59,438 nucleotides of DNA from Candidatus Sericytochromatia bacterium (GTDB lineage: Bacteria; Cyanobacteriota; Sericytochromatia; S15B-MN24; JAQBPE01). The position numbers and the translations under genes are program-made. Below the pieces are notes generated by a model. The model worked only from the letters and a program-made list of their open reading frames with translations. It made no database searches and was not told where the DNA came from. Location of the stretch: NCBI GenBank assembly GCA_035285125.1, contig JAYKHR010000061.1:1-59438 (forward strand), in the 5' to 3' direction. This document shows positions 8,145 to 18,218 of this stretch, piece by piece. Position 1 is the first letter of the stretch. Each line of letters begins with the position of its first letter.

Positions 8145-10268
8145 ATGGCCGTCGGCACCTTCAGCTTGGTCCTCCACAGCCACCTGCCCTACTACCGCAA
8201 GGCCGGCATGTGGCCCTTCGGTGAGGAAAACCTCTACGAGGCTATCGCCGAGACCTACCTGCCCCTGCTCGTGGCCGTCGACGAACTGGCTGCCGAGGGC
8301 GTGCTCGCCAAGCTGACGATCGGTGTCACGCCCGTGCTGGCGGAGCAACTGGCCGACGAGCACCTCAAGCAGGGCTTCGAAACTTACTGCCGCGACATCA
8401 TCGAGCGGCTGGAGAAGGACGTTCACCGCTACTCGCCAGAGGGCGAGCGCGAGGCGGCCGTGTGGCGAGCCGGGGAGGCTCGCGCTGAGAAGCTGGAAGC
8501 GGCCCGGACCGCCTGGCGGGAGCGGCAGGCGCTGGCGCTGCAGGACGTGGTGGGCGAGGAGGGGGGCGCTGCCGCGGAGGGCGAGGCGCCACGTGCCGTT
8601 GATGGCGAGGCCGAGGTCGCGCCCGCACCAGGGGCCGCGGCCCGGGCCGAGACGGCTACCACCAGCGTGACGGTGGCCGGCGTGCCCCTCGACGCCGCTG
8701 GCCGGCGGGAGCAGCGCCCGGCGACCGGCCGCGTGCCCGCGGCCGCGGACGTGCTGACGGCGACCACGGCCCAGGCGATCGCTGAGGCCGAGGCGCGGGC
8801 CAGCGCCGCCGAGACGCTCGAGCCACTGGACGCGTCGGCGACCACGGCCGATCGGGAACCCGAGCTCGCGGACATCCCCGAAGAGGAGCTGGTCCTGCCC
8901 GAGTCGCCCGACCCGCGTCGGGAGCTTTCCACCTGGTACCTGGCCTGGTACAAGGCCCGCCTCGCGGAGTTCCAGGATCGCTACCAGCGGGACGTCCTCG
9001 GCGCCTTCCGGCGCCTCCAGGACGCCGGCGCCATCGAGCTCATCACCTGCGCGGCCACCCACGGCTTCAGCCCGCTGCTCAGCCGCGACTCGTCGCTGAA
9101 CGCCCAGTTCGCCGTGGGCGTCGAGACCCACAAGCGCCACTTCGGCCGTGCCCCCAAGGGTGTGTGGCTGCCTGAGTGTGCCTACCGGCCTGGCTACGAG
9201 GACGGCGCCGACTACCGGCCCTCCATCGACAAGTTCCTGCATGAGCAGGGCCTGCAGTATTTCTTCACCGACGCCCACGCCGTTGTCGGGGGCAAGACCT
9301 CGGGTTACCGCCGGCACATCGGCTTGTACGGCAATATCGAGTACCTGGAGATGCCGGAGCGCCCCCTGTCGGGCCTCGACACGTTCCACGGCTACTGGCT
9401 GCCCGACCACCCCGTGGCCTTCTACGCCCGCAACGAGCGGGCGGGCTGGCAGGTCTGGTCGGCCGACATGGGCTACCCGGGCGATCCTTACTACCGCGAG
9501 TTCCACAAGAAGGACGGCAACAGCGGGATGCCCTACTGGCGCATCACGGGCCCTCGCTGCGAGCTCGAGCACAAGTGGTTCTACCACCCCGAGTCCGCCG
9601 CGGCCCGCATCGAGGAGCACAGCGACCACTACGTGGCCCTGATCCACGACATGCTCAAGGGCTACCACGACGCCAACGGCGAGCCCGGCCACGTCGTCGT
9701 CCCCTTCGACACCGAGCTCTTCGGCCATTGGTGGTTCGAAGGCATCGACTGGATCAAGCAGGTGGTGCGAAAGATGGCCAAGCAGCCCGCCATCGGCCGG
9801 GTGACGGTCGGCGAGCTGCACGAGCAGGCACCCCCCGCCCACGCCTTCCAGCTGCCCGAGAGCACGTGGGGCGCTGGCGGCCACTACCACGTGTGGCTCA
9901 ACCCTCAGGTCGAGTGGATGTGGCCCATCATCCACCGCTGCGAGCGGCGGATGGAGGAGCTCGTGCGGATGTTCCCCGCCCCCGCCGACGGCTTGCAGGC
10001 GCGCGGGCTCCGGCAGGCGGCCCGCGAGTTGTTGCTGCTCGAGGGCAGCGACTGGCCCTTCCTGGTCACCACTGGGCAGGCCAAGACCTACGCGATCGAG
10101 CGCTTCAATGAGCATGTCGAGCGGTTCGACGCGCTTGCCGATGCGCTGATGGCGGGCACGCTGACGGACGAGTTGGTGGCTGGCTTCGAGGCCATCGACA
10201 ACCTTTTTCCGACGATCGAACCCGGCCTCTTTGCCGACCGCCAGGAGCGCGTCAGCGTCACCCCCTGA
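8145..10268 (+). CDS. GH57 1,4-alpha-glucan branching enzyme (DUF1957 type) with a large low-complexity insertion
   Basis: HSHLPY, ETYLPL, nucleophile WLPECAY, YPGDP.YREFH, acid/base PFDTELFGHWWFEG, RELLLLEGSDWPF. Confidence 0.9.
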   Translation: MAVGTFSLVLHSHLPYYRKAGMWPFGEENLYEAIAETYLPLLVAVDELAAEGVLAKLTIGVTPVLAEQLADEHLKQGFETYCRDIIERLEKDVHRYSPEGEREAAVWRAGEARAEKLEAARTAWRERQALALQDVVGEEGGAAAEGEAPRAVDGEAEVAPAPGAAARAETATTSVTVAGVPLDAAGRREQRPATGRVPAAADVLTATTAQAIAEAEARASAAETLEPLDASATTADREPELADIPEEELVLPESPDPRRELSTWYLAWYKARLAEFQDRYQRDVLGAFRRLQDAGAIELITCAATHGFSPLLSRDSSLNAQFAVGVETHKRHFGRAPKGVWLPECAYRPGYEDGADYRPSIDKFLHEQGLQYFFTDAHAVVGGKTSGYRRHIGLYGNIEYLEMPERPLSGLDTFHGYWLPDHPVAFYARNERAGWQVWSADMGYPGDPYYREFHKKDGNSGMPYWRITGPRCELEHKWFYHPESAAARIEEHSDHYVALIHDMLKGYHDANGEPGHVVVPFDTELFGHWWFEGIDWIKQVVRKMAKQPAIGRVTVGELHEQAPPAHAFQLPESTWGAGGHYHVWLNPQVEWMWPIIHRCERRMEELVRMFPAPADGLQARGLRQAARELLLLEGSDWPFLVTTGQAKTYAIERFNEHVERFDALADALMAGTLTDELVAGFEAIDNLFPTIEPGLFADRQERVSVTP

Positions 10269-10324
10269 CGGAAAGCCTCGATGACGGGCGCTGGCGGCCC
10301 GCTTCGGGGTCGGCACACGGGCGC

Positions 10325-10335
10325 TGTGGTATAGT
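10325..10335 (+). promoter_or_regulatory. Extended -10 promoter element
   Basis: TGTGGTATAGT (TGn-TATAGT), 30 bp upstream of the ATG at 10366. Confidence 0.5.
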
Positions 10336-10365
10336 TTGGGGGCGCGCGTTCCCCCGTAGGCCTCC

Positions 10366-12579
10366 ATGCTCCTCGCAGAACAGCCCAAGATCCACCTTGC
10401 GCTCGGGTTGCACAACCACCAGCCCGTTGGCAACTGGGACCACGTCATCGAGGACGCCTACCAGCACTCCTACATGCCGTTTCTCGACGTGCTGGAGCGG
10501 CATCCGGGCATTCCGTTCACCCTTCACTACGACGGCCACCTGCTGACGTGGCTGGCGGAGCGGCACCCCGAGTTCATCGCGCGCCTGCGCAGGATGGTGG
10601 CCTCGGGGCAGGTGGAGCTGCTTGGTGGGGCGCACTACGAGCCGATGCTGGCGATGATCCCGCCCGAGGATCAGCACGGCCAGCTGCGCCACCTGGCCGA
10701 GACGGTGCGCCAGCTGACGGGCTACGAGCCCCTCGGCGTCTCGCTCGCCGGACGGGTCTGGGAGCCGCATCTGGTCGGGCCCATCGTGGCGGCGGGCATG
10801 CGCTATTGCGTGCTGGACGATCAGCCGTTCCGCTCCGTGGGCCTGCGGGGCGACGACCTGTTCGGCTACTACCAGACGGAGGACCAGGGCGCCACCGTGT
10901 CGGTCTTCCCGAATGACGCCGTGCTGCGGGCGATGATCCCGTTCCAGCCCCCCGAGCTCGTGATCGACTACCTGCGGCAGCAGGCCACGGCGGACGGCGC
11001 CAGGCTGGCCGTGCACCTCGACGACGGCTCCAAGTTCGGAGGCTGGCCCGGCACGTACCAGGCCGTGTACGTCGACGGCTGGCTCGACCGCTTCTTCCAG
11101 CTGCTGGCGGCCCAGCGGGAGTGGATCACGCCCTGCACCCTGGGAGGCTACCGCGAGCGCCACCGCCCCTGGGGCCGGGTCTACCTCCCCACCGGCTCCT
11201 TCACCGAGATGCAGACCTGGTCGCTGCCCCCGGATCAGGCGAGCCAGCTCGAGGCCTCGCGCCGGGCAGCCCCGCCAGGCGAGGTCGACTTCTTGCAACC
11301 GGGCTACTGGCGGCACTTCCTGGTGCGCTACCCGGAGTCGAACAACATGCACAAGAAGATGCTGCGCGTGGCCGGCCAGCTGCGGGCCGTGGCGCAGCAG
11401 GTACAGCCCGCTCGGACCCCGGTCGGGGCGGGCGAGGCCGGCTCGGAGCCCTCAGACGGGCAGCGGCTGCTGGCTGAGGCCCGCGAGTCGCTGTGGCGCG
11501 GCCAAAGCCACGACCCGTTCTGGCACGGGGTGTTCGGGGGGCTGTACCTCAACCACCTGCGGGGCGCGAACTATGGCGCGTTGCTGCGGGCCGAGGCCCT
11601 CTGCGATCGCCTCCGTCACGGCGAGCAGGCCTTCTGCGAGCTCGAGGTCGTCGATTTCGACCTCGACGGCGCGGTGGAGGCCCTCGTGTCGACGCGGTCG
11701 CAGAACCTGTACGTGACGCCCGCCTACGGGGGGGCGCTGTTCGAGCATGACCTCAAGGGGGCGGGCCTCAACGTGCTCGACACCCTCGCGCGGCGTCCGG
11801 AGTCCTACCACGCCGAGATCGCGGCGGCACGCCTGGCCAGCGACGTCGCCGCGGCACCGCCCGCTGGCCTCGGACAGCGCGCCGTGGTCAAGGAGACGGG
11901 CCTCGATCGCATGCTGCACTACGACTGGTACCGGCGCCTCTCGCTGCTTGACCACTTCCTGCACCCGGACACCCGCCTGGAGACCTTCCACAACGTCAGC
12001 TACGGCGAGCAGGGCGACTTTGTGAACCTGGGGTACGAGCTGGCGACCTCGGAGCGCCCCGAGGGCACGGAGCTCGTGCTGTGGCGTGACGGGCACGTTT
12101 GGGTCGGCTCCGAGTTCTGGCCCATCCGGGTGCGCAAGACCATCCTGGTGCCGCGCGACGGCGCCGGGTACCGGGTCGACTACGAGCTGACGAACCTCTG
12201 GGAGCGGCCCGTGAGGCTGTGGTTCGGGGTGGAATTCAACTTCAATATGCGCTCCGGCGCGGGCCACCGCGGGGGGTATTACAGCGCCACGGGGCGCCAC
12301 CTGGAGCCGGCCCACCCGGCCTCGCTGGCCGAGGAGGAGCACATCACGGAGATCGGCCTGCGCGCCGCGGACCTGGGCGTCGATGTGCACCTGACGTGGG
12401 ACGTCCGGGGCACGCTGTGGCGCTTCCCCGTGGAAACAGTCTCGCGCTCCGAAGGGGGCTTCGAGCGCGTGTACCAATCGTCCGTGGTGTTCCCCAACTG
12501 GCACTTCACCCTGAGCGAGGGCGGCGCGTGGCGCTGCGGCTTCGAGGTGACGGTCTCGCAGCAGGAGCCGCTCCCATGA
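10366..12579 (+). CDS. GH57 alpha-amylase/4-alpha-glucanotransferase-like protein (DUF1925/DUF1926), catalytic Glu apparently substituted
   Basis: HNHQPVGN, YPESNNMHKKM, WHGVFGGLYLNHLR, DTLARRPESYH, FPVETVSRSEGGFE. SLAGRVWEP replaces the usual WL.ERVW.P. Confidence 0.88.
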   Translation: MLLAEQPKIHLALGLHNHQPVGNWDHVIEDAYQHSYMPFLDVLERHPGIPFTLHYDGHLLTWLAERHPEFIARLRRMVASGQVELLGGAHYEPMLAMIPPEDQHGQLRHLAETVRQLTGYEPLGVSLAGRVWEPHLVGPIVAAGMRYCVLDDQPFRSVGLRGDDLFGYYQTEDQGATVSVFPNDAVLRAMIPFQPPELVIDYLRQQATADGARLAVHLDDGSKFGGWPGTYQAVYVDGWLDRFFQLLAAQREWITPCTLGGYRERHRPWGRVYLPTGSFTEMQTWSLPPDQASQLEASRRAAPPGEVDFLQPGYWRHFLVRYPESNNMHKKMLRVAGQLRAVAQQVQPARTPVGAGEAGSEPSDGQRLLAEARESLWRGQSHDPFWHGVFGGLYLNHLRGANYGALLRAEALCDRLRHGEQAFCELEVVDFDLDGAVEALVSTRSQNLYVTPAYGGALFEHDLKGAGLNVLDTLARRPESYHAEIAAARLASDVAAAPPAGLGQRAVVKETGLDRMLHYDWYRRLSLLDHFLHPDTRLETFHNVSYGEQGDFVNLGYELATSERPEGTELVLWRDGHVWVGSEFWPIRVRKTILVPRDGAGYRVDYELTNLWERPVRLWFGVEFNFNMRSGAGHRGGYYSATGRHLEPAHPASLAEEEHITEIGLRAADLGVDVHLTWDVRGTLWRFPVETVSRSEGGFERVYQSSVVFPNWHFTLSEGGAWRCGFEVTVSQQEPLP

Positions 12580-13427
12580 ACCTCCCCTTCGTGTCCGGGG
12601 CGCTTCTTGCGGCCGCTGTTGCCGCGGTGGCGGCGTCAGCTCTGCCGGCGTCGGCCGAGGTCGCCCCACGCTCGCCGGCCGAGGCAGCGCTGCGCCAGAA
12701 CCTCGCGCGGAGCCTCACGTCGTTCAACAAGGGCGACTTCGAGGGCTACCTGCACGACATGGAGGCCACCGTCTCCTACAACGGCATCGAGGTCCCCAGG
12801 GGCCGCTTGCACGAGATCAACAGAGACCTCAAGCAGTCCTTCGGCAACCTGAAGATGCGCTACAGGTCCGTGGCCATCAACGAGATGGGGGACCTCGACG
12901 CCAACGTCACCACCGTCGCGGAGTTCCGCGGCTCGACCTCGAACTACGACGCGACGGGCCTGCCTGCGACCTATGTCGAGGTCGGGGAGGTCACCTCCTT
13001 GTACCGCCGCACCCCCCAGGGGTGGCGCTCCGGCGTGATGCAGGTGGCCTGGAACGACAGCTTCATCGACATCGGGCGCCCCTTCTCGATGCTCGGCTTC
13101 ACGTCCCTGCCTACGCTGCTGGGGGCCTCCCAGACCTACCGGTTCCGGCTGCACGTCGCCGACGACGCCCTCGAGGGTTCGCGCGTCGAGTACGCCTATG
13201 CCGTGGTGCCCCTGGCCACCGTGATCTCCAAGAACGGGGCGGAGGAGGTATACAAGTCCTTGCGCTTCACGCCCGTCGGCCGCGAGGGCGTCGACCAGGT
13301 GGTGCGGGCCCCGGCTAAACCGGGCACCTACACGCACGTGATGGTCGTGCCGAAGCTCTGGAGCCGGAACGAGCAAGAGACCCTGCTGGGGCACAAGATC
13401 TACACGCGGCTGGTGCAGGTCGAGTGA
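12576..13427 (+). CDS. Secreted hypothetical protein, possible NTF2/SnoaL-like N-terminal domain
   Basis: ATGA overlap with the upstream stop; signal peptide (…ALPASA); SFNKGDFEGY...YRRTPQGW pattern; normal codon usage. Confidence 0.65.
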   Translation: MNLPFVSGALLAAAVAAVAASALPASAEVAPRSPAEAALRQNLARSLTSFNKGDFEGYLHDMEATVSYNGIEVPRGRLHEINRDLKQSFGNLKMRYRSVAINEMGDLDANVTTVAEFRGSTSNYDATGLPATYVEVGEVTSLYRRTPQGWRSGVMQVAWNDSFIDIGRPFSMLGFTSLPTLLGASQTYRFRLHVADDALEGSRVEYAYAVVPLATVISKNGAEEVYKSLRFTPVGREGVDQVVRAPAKPGTYTHVMVVPKLWSRNEQETLLGHKIYTRLVQVE

Positions 13428-13499
13428 CCTGGTTTGCGGCCTCCCGCCGCCAGGTATAATGCCGCCGGGCCGTGCAGGCGGCCAAGGTGGGAGGCTCGC

Positions 13500-13943
13500 G
13501 TGCAGCGCACGGACGGCACCCGGGAGGTCAGCCTGACCATCCCGATCATCCCCGACATGGAGGTCGCGGCCACGCAGACGGCCGAGGCCGTGTTGCGCCT
13601 GATGGCGTTCTCCGCCGACCAGATCGACGAGGTCAAACACGCGCTGATCGAGGCCTGCATCAACGCCTTCGAGCACAGCGCGAGCCGCGATGGCAACGTG
13701 TACATCCGGTTTGTGATGCGGCCTGACGAGCTGCGGCTCGTCATCCAGGACTTCGGGACCGGCTTCGACCAGGCCACGGTGCAGCGCCCGGAGATGGCGC
13801 GCAAGGTCGGGGGCGGGGACCACAAGCGCGGCTGGGGCCTGATGATGATGCAGAGCCTGATGGACGCCGTCGCCATCGAGAGCGGCGAGGCCGGCACCCG
13901 CATCACGATGACCAAGAAGCGGCACGAGGAGGGCTCGGCGTGA
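13500..13943 (+). CDS. RsbW/SpoIIAB-type anti-sigma factor Ser kinase (HATPase_c_2)
   Basis: EVKHALIEACINAFEH, IQDFGTGFD, RGWGLMMMQSLMD, GTRITMTK; GTG start after GGAGG; TATAAT at 13455. Confidence 0.88.
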   Translation: MQRTDGTREVSLTIPIIPDMEVAATQTAEAVLRLMAFSADQIDEVKHALIEACINAFEHSASRDGNVYIRFVMRPDELRLVIQDFGTGFDQATVQRPEMARKVGGGDHKRGWGLMMMQSLMDAVAIESGEAGTRITMTKKRHEEGSA

Positions 13944-14302
13944 TCAACCCGTTCACCATCGCGGTGCGCAAGGACCCGCAGGGCCGCTACGCCATTCTGG
14001 CGACCGATGGCTACATCAACAACCTCGCCGGCGAGCGGATCGGCGAAGCCGCGAGCCTGCTGATGGCAGAGGGCTACACCCGGTTGGTCATCAACCTCGA
14101 GCACAGCACGGTGATCAACTCCATCGGCATCTCCATTCTGATCGAGATCATCGAGAAGATGCAGGAGGCGCACGGCACGCTGGCCTTCTGCCACCTGACG
14201 CGCACCATCCAGAAGACCTTCACCATCATGGGCCTCACCCAGTACGCCGCCCTCTTCGACACCGAGGATGAGGCCGTGCGTGGGGTGCTGGCCGAGGCCT
14301 AG
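13940..14302 (+). CDS. STAS-domain anti-sigma factor antagonist (RsbV/SpoIIAA-like)
   Basis: LVINLEHSTVINSIGISILI (phospho-Ser motif), KTFTIMGL, DTEDEA; GTGA overlap with the RsbW-like stop. Confidence 0.88.
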   Translation: MINPFTIAVRKDPQGRYAILATDGYINNLAGERIGEAASLLMAEGYTRLVINLEHSTVINSIGISILIEIIEKMQEAHGTLAFCHLTRTIQKTFTIMGLTQYAALFDTEDEAVRGVLAEA

Positions 14303-14310
14303 GAGGTCTG

Positions 14311-15879
14311 ATGGGCACCGAGTTTCACGCCGCCGCGTCGCGCGTCGTTCCGGCAGCCGAGGGCGCCTCGGGGGATGCGCTGGAGCGGATGCTCTACATC
14401 CTGTCGGCGCTCGGGGAGATGGCCGAGCAGATGACGGCGAACCCCAACCCGGAGTCCAGCATCCGGGCCATCATCCGCATGGCCAGCGGGGCCTTCGGCA
14501 TCGGGCGCGGCGCCCTGCTGGTGTACCGGCCTGAGGCCCAGCTTTTGGAATCCGTGGGGGGAGAGGGCGGGCCGCCGCTGGAGGTCTCGGCCGATGTGAG
14601 ACGCTGGTTCCTGGCCGAGGGGGGCACGGTCGTCGACCGGGAGCACCCGCATGAGGCCCTCGTTGATTTCCTGCAGGCCAATGCGCCGGCCGTGGAGGCC
14701 TACCCGCCCTCGATCTGGCTGCCGCTGACGGTGAACAGGACCTTCATGGGCCTGCTGATGCTCGGCGATCGCCTGTCCCGAGAGCCTCTCAGCCGCGTGG
14801 AGACCGACATCCTGATGCTGATTGGCCGGCAGCTGGCGGTGGCCCTCCACAACCACGCCCTGAAGTCCAGCATCTCGGCCGCGAACCTGAAGCTGGGGCT
14901 CAAGGTTCGGCAGCTGGAGCAGCTTTACGACATCTCGCGGGACCTCAGCTCCAGCCTCGACCGGGGGCGGATCGCCCGCGAGGTGATGGTCCGTGCCATC
15001 GAACTGCTGGATGCCCGCAAGGGGGTGCTGGTCCTGCCCGACGAGGCGGGCCTGGCCCACGAGTCCGCCGCCATCTTCGGCTTTGAGGAGCGTGACGAGG
15101 GCTTCAGCTGGCCAGCCGAGGCGTCGTGGCTGGCCCCCGCCTGGGAGGCCCGCGGGCCACTCCTGCTGGAGGCAGACGCCTTGCCGGCCGAGCTCGGGGC
15201 GCGCAACGCGATGCTGGCGCCAATCCGCTACCAGGATCGGACCTTCGGTGTCGTGGCCGTGCTGGATCACGAGGCACGGCAGCAACTGGGGGCCTTCGAT
15301 CTCGAGGAGGCGGGGCCGCTGCTCGCAAACCTGGCGAGCCTGGCGGCGACGGCCATGGAGAACGCCAGGCTCTACGAGCTGGCCACGGTGGACGGGCTCA
15401 CGCGGCTCTACATCCGCCGGCACTTCGAGCAGCGCCTCGTCGAGGAGCTTCGCCGTGCCGAGCGCTACGGTCTCGCGCTGTCCCTGATGATCATGGACAT
15501 CGACCACTTCAAGCGCTTCAACGACACCTACGGTCACCAGCAGGGTGACGAGGTGCTGCGGCACGTGGCGCGGACCGTCAGGGCCAGCATCCGGGACCTC
15601 GACACCCCCGGCCGGTACGGCGGGGAGGAGCTCCTCGTGCTGATGCCTGAGACGGATGGGGCGGGCGCCGAGGTCATGGCCGAGCGGGTGCGGCAGGCCA
15701 TCGAGGGCGCCGGGCTGCTGGGGCCCGCCGGAGAGGACCTGCGCGTGACCGTGAGCGTCGGGGTGGCCACGTGGCCGCGGGATGCCCGGGACGCGGAGGC
15801 CATGATCGAGGCTGCCGACAGGGCGCTGTATCGCGCCAAGGCTGCGGGCCGCAACCGCACCTGCGCCGCCAACGGCTGA
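14311..15879 (+). CDS. GAF-GAF-GGDEF diguanylate cyclase
   Basis: Two GAF-like segments, ENARLYELATVDGLT, DIDHFKRFNDTYGH, I-site RDLD, intact GGEEL, ADRALYRAK..GRN. Confidence 0.92.
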   Translation: MGTEFHAAASRVVPAAEGASGDALERMLYILSALGEMAEQMTANPNPESSIRAIIRMASGAFGIGRGALLVYRPEAQLLESVGGEGGPPLEVSADVRRWFLAEGGTVVDREHPHEALVDFLQANAPAVEAYPPSIWLPLTVNRTFMGLLMLGDRLSREPLSRVETDILMLIGRQLAVALHNHALKSSISAANLKLGLKVRQLEQLYDISRDLSSSLDRGRIAREVMVRAIELLDARKGVLVLPDEAGLAHESAAIFGFEERDEGFSWPAEASWLAPAWEARGPLLLEADALPAELGARNAMLAPIRYQDRTFGVVAVLDHEARQQLGAFDLEEAGPLLANLASLAATAMENARLYELATVDGLTRLYIRRHFEQRLVEELRRAERYGLALSLMIMDIDHFKRFNDTYGHQQGDEVLRHVARTVRASIRDLDTPGRYGGEELLVLMPETDGAGAEVMAERVRQAIEGAGLLGPAGEDLRVTVSVGVATWPRDARDAEAMIEAADRALYRAKAAGRNRTCAANG

Positions 15880-16043
15880 CGCTGGGCCCCCGCGCGGGCC
15901 CGCCGCGCGGCCCTACAGGTTGCCTGAAGGATTAAAACCGGGTAAAATGCCGGTCCAATTTGCTACGCTCGTCGGCGTGTCCGTCGCTTTGTCGATGCAC
16001 CGAACGCAGCCGTAATCACGCAAGGAGTAGGTAACACGGCATC

Positions 16044-18164
16044 ATGGAAAACTTGATCATCTGGGGTAGCGTTGCCGCCGCTATCCTCACCTTGCTCGTC
16101 AGCGGGTTCCTCGCGATGGGCATCTTGCGGCTCCCGGACGGCAACGACCGGATGAAGGACATCGCCTCGGCCATCCAGGAGGGCGCCTCGGCTTACCTCA
16201 ACACCCAGTACAAGTGGGTGGCGATCGTCGGCGCGGTGCTCTTCTTTGCCATCGGGCTCGCCGGCAAGGCCCCCCTTGGCTGGACGGCTGCGATCGGCTT
16301 TGCCATCGGCGCCGCCTTCTCGGCCGCCGCTGGCTACGTGGGCATGAACATCTCCGTTCGGGCCAACGTCCGCACCGCTGCAGCCGCGGAGAAGGGCCTC
16401 GCCCCTGCCCTCCAGGTCGCCTTCCGCGGTGGCGCCGTGACGGGCCTCGCCGTCGCTGGCCTCGGCCTGCTGGGCGTCGCCGCCTTCTACGGCGTGACGC
16501 GCAGCGTCGAGTCGATCATCGGCATGGGCTTCGGCGCCTCGCTGATCTCGCTGTTCGCCCGCGTTGGCGGCGGCATTTTCACGAAGGCTGCTGACGTCGG
16601 CGCTGACCTCGTCGGCAAGGTTGAGGCGGGCATCCCCGAAGACGACCCGCGCAACCCCGCCGTCATCGCGGACAACGTCGGCGACAACGTCGGCGACTGC
16701 GCCGGCATGGGCGCCGACCTGTTCGAGACCTACGTCGTCACGTTGATCGCGGCGATGTTGCTCGGCCACCTGTTCTTCCCGGGCAACGAGAACTACGTCC
16801 TGTACCCGATCGCCCTTGGCGCCATCGCCATCGTGGCCTCGATCGTGGGCACCTACAGCGTCAAGCTCGGCAAGAACAACAACATCATGCACGCCCTCTA
16901 CCTGGGCACGGGCATCACGGCCCTCGTCTCGCTCGTCGGCTTCATCGCCGTGACGTTCAAGATGTTCCCGGCTGCTCCTTACCAGTACCTGTGGGCTGCG
17001 CTGATCGGCCTCGCGGTCATGGTGGTCATCACCGTGATCACGGAGTACTACACGGCCACCGAGTATCGGCCCGTCCAGGAGGTCGCCAAGGCCTCCGAGA
17101 CCGGTGCTGCCACCAACATCATCGCCGGCCTTGCCGTCGGCATGGAGTCGACGCTCGCCCCGGTGCTCGTCATCGTGGCTGCCATCGTCGGGTCGTTCTA
17201 TGCGGCCGGCGGCTTCGCGGGCAACTACGAGGCTGGCCTCTACGCCATCGCTGTCGCGGCGGTCGCGATGCTCTCGACGGCCGGCATGGTCGTCGCGATC
17301 GACTCGTTCGGGCCGATCACCGACAACGCCGGCGGCATCGCCGAGATGTCCGAGCTGCCGCACGAGGTCCGTCAGATCACGGATGCCCTCGACGCGGTGG
17401 GCAACACCACCAAGGCCGTCACCAAGGGCTACGCGATCGGCTCCGCCGGTCTCGCGGCGCTCGTGCTGTTCGCCTCCTACACCCAGGACCTGCACAAGGT
17501 CATGGCTGAGAGGGCTGGCGGCACGGCTGAGTACATCACCTTCGGGCTCTCCGACCCGCAGGTCATCGCTGGCCTGTTCATCGGTGGCGTGCTGCCCTTC
17601 TTCTTCGGCTCGATCTTCATGCGGGCCGTGTCAAAGGCCGCGCAGTCCGTCATCACCGAGGTGCGCCGCCAGTTCCGCGAGCTCGGCATCCTCGAGGGCA
17701 AGAACAAGCCCCAGTACGACCGCTGCGTGGCGATCGTGACGGAAGCCGCCATCAAGGAGATGTTCCTGCCTGGCGTGCTCGCCGTCGCGATTCCGGTCAT
17801 CGTCGGGCTGCTGCTCGGCCCGATCGCCCTCGGCGGTCTTCTCGTCGGCGCCATCATCACGGGCTTGATGCTCGCACTGCTGATGACGACGGGCGGCGCG
17901 GCCTGGGACAACGGCAAGAAGCTGATCGAGATCTCGGGTGCCAAGGGCACGCCCGCGCACGCCGCGGCCGTTGTTGGCGACACCGTCGGCGATCCGTTCA
18001 AGGACACGGCGGGGCCCGCCCTCAACCCGATGATCAAGATCCTGAACATCGTGGCGTTGCTGCTGATTCCGTTCATGCTCGGTGTCCACCAGGCGCCGAA
18101 GGCGATCGGTCCCTCGGCGGCGTCGGCGGCTCCCGTGTCCAGCGAGTCGCCTGCCGGTCACTGA
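16044..18164 (+). CDS. hppA: Membrane-bound H+-translocating pyrophosphatase, K+-independent signature
   Basis: [46 protein letters not shown] (Lys = K+-independent), [14 protein letters not shown]. Confidence 0.95.
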   Translation: MENLIIWGSVAAAILTLLVSGFLAMGILRLPDGNDRMKDIASAIQEGASAYLNTQYKWVAIVGAVLFFAIGLAGKAPLGWTAAIGFAIGAAFSAAAGYVGMNISVRANVRTAAAAEKGLAPALQVAFRGGAVTGLAVAGLGLLGVAAFYGVTRSVESIIGMGFGASLISLFARVGGGIFTKAADVGADLVGKVEAGIPEDDPRNPAVIADNVGDNVGDCAGMGADLFETYVVTLIAAMLLGHLFFPGNENYVLYPIALGAIAIVASIVGTYSVKLGKNNNIMHALYLGTGITALVSLVGFIAVTFKMFPAAPYQYLWAALIGLAVMVVITVITEYYTATEYRPVQEVAKASETGAATNIIAGLAVGMESTLAPVLVIVAAIVGSFYAAGGFAGNYEAGLYAIAVAAVAMLSTAGMVVAIDSFGPITDNAGGIAEMSELPHEVRQITDALDAVGNTTKAVTKGYAIGSAGLAALVLFASYTQDLHKVMAERAGGTAEYITFGLSDPQVIAGLFIGGVLPFFFGSIFMRAVSKAAQSVITEVRRQFRELGILEGKNKPQYDRCVAIVTEAAIKEMFLPGVLAVAIPVIVGLLLGPIALGGLLVGAIITGLMLALLMTTGGAAWDNGKKLIEISGAKGTPAHAAAVVGDTVGDPFKDTAGPALNPMIKILNIVALLLIPFMLGVHQAPKAIGPSAASAAPVSSESPAGH

Positions 18165-18166
18165 AA

Positions 18167-18198
18167 CAGGGGCGGCCGGCCACCAGCCGGTCGCCTGT
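18167..18198 (+). terminator. Hairpin after hppA
   Basis: ACAGGGGCGGCCGGC-CACCA-GCCGGTCGCCTGT imperfect stem, with TTTT shortly downstream. Confidence 0.4.
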
Positions 18199-18218
18199 CC
18201 CGGTTTTGAGAGGTACCC

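Noticed and set aside
8433..8914. Intein in the GH57 branching enzyme
   Set aside because: No His-Asn C-terminal splice motif, block B or endonuclease motifs; the composition is low-complexity.
3705..17495. Long antisense ORFs (e.g. 3705-6122, 8100-10448, 15963-17495; also 57491-59407)
   Set aside because: These are typical stop-poor antisense frames of high-GC genes, with no motifs, opposite well-supported CDSs.
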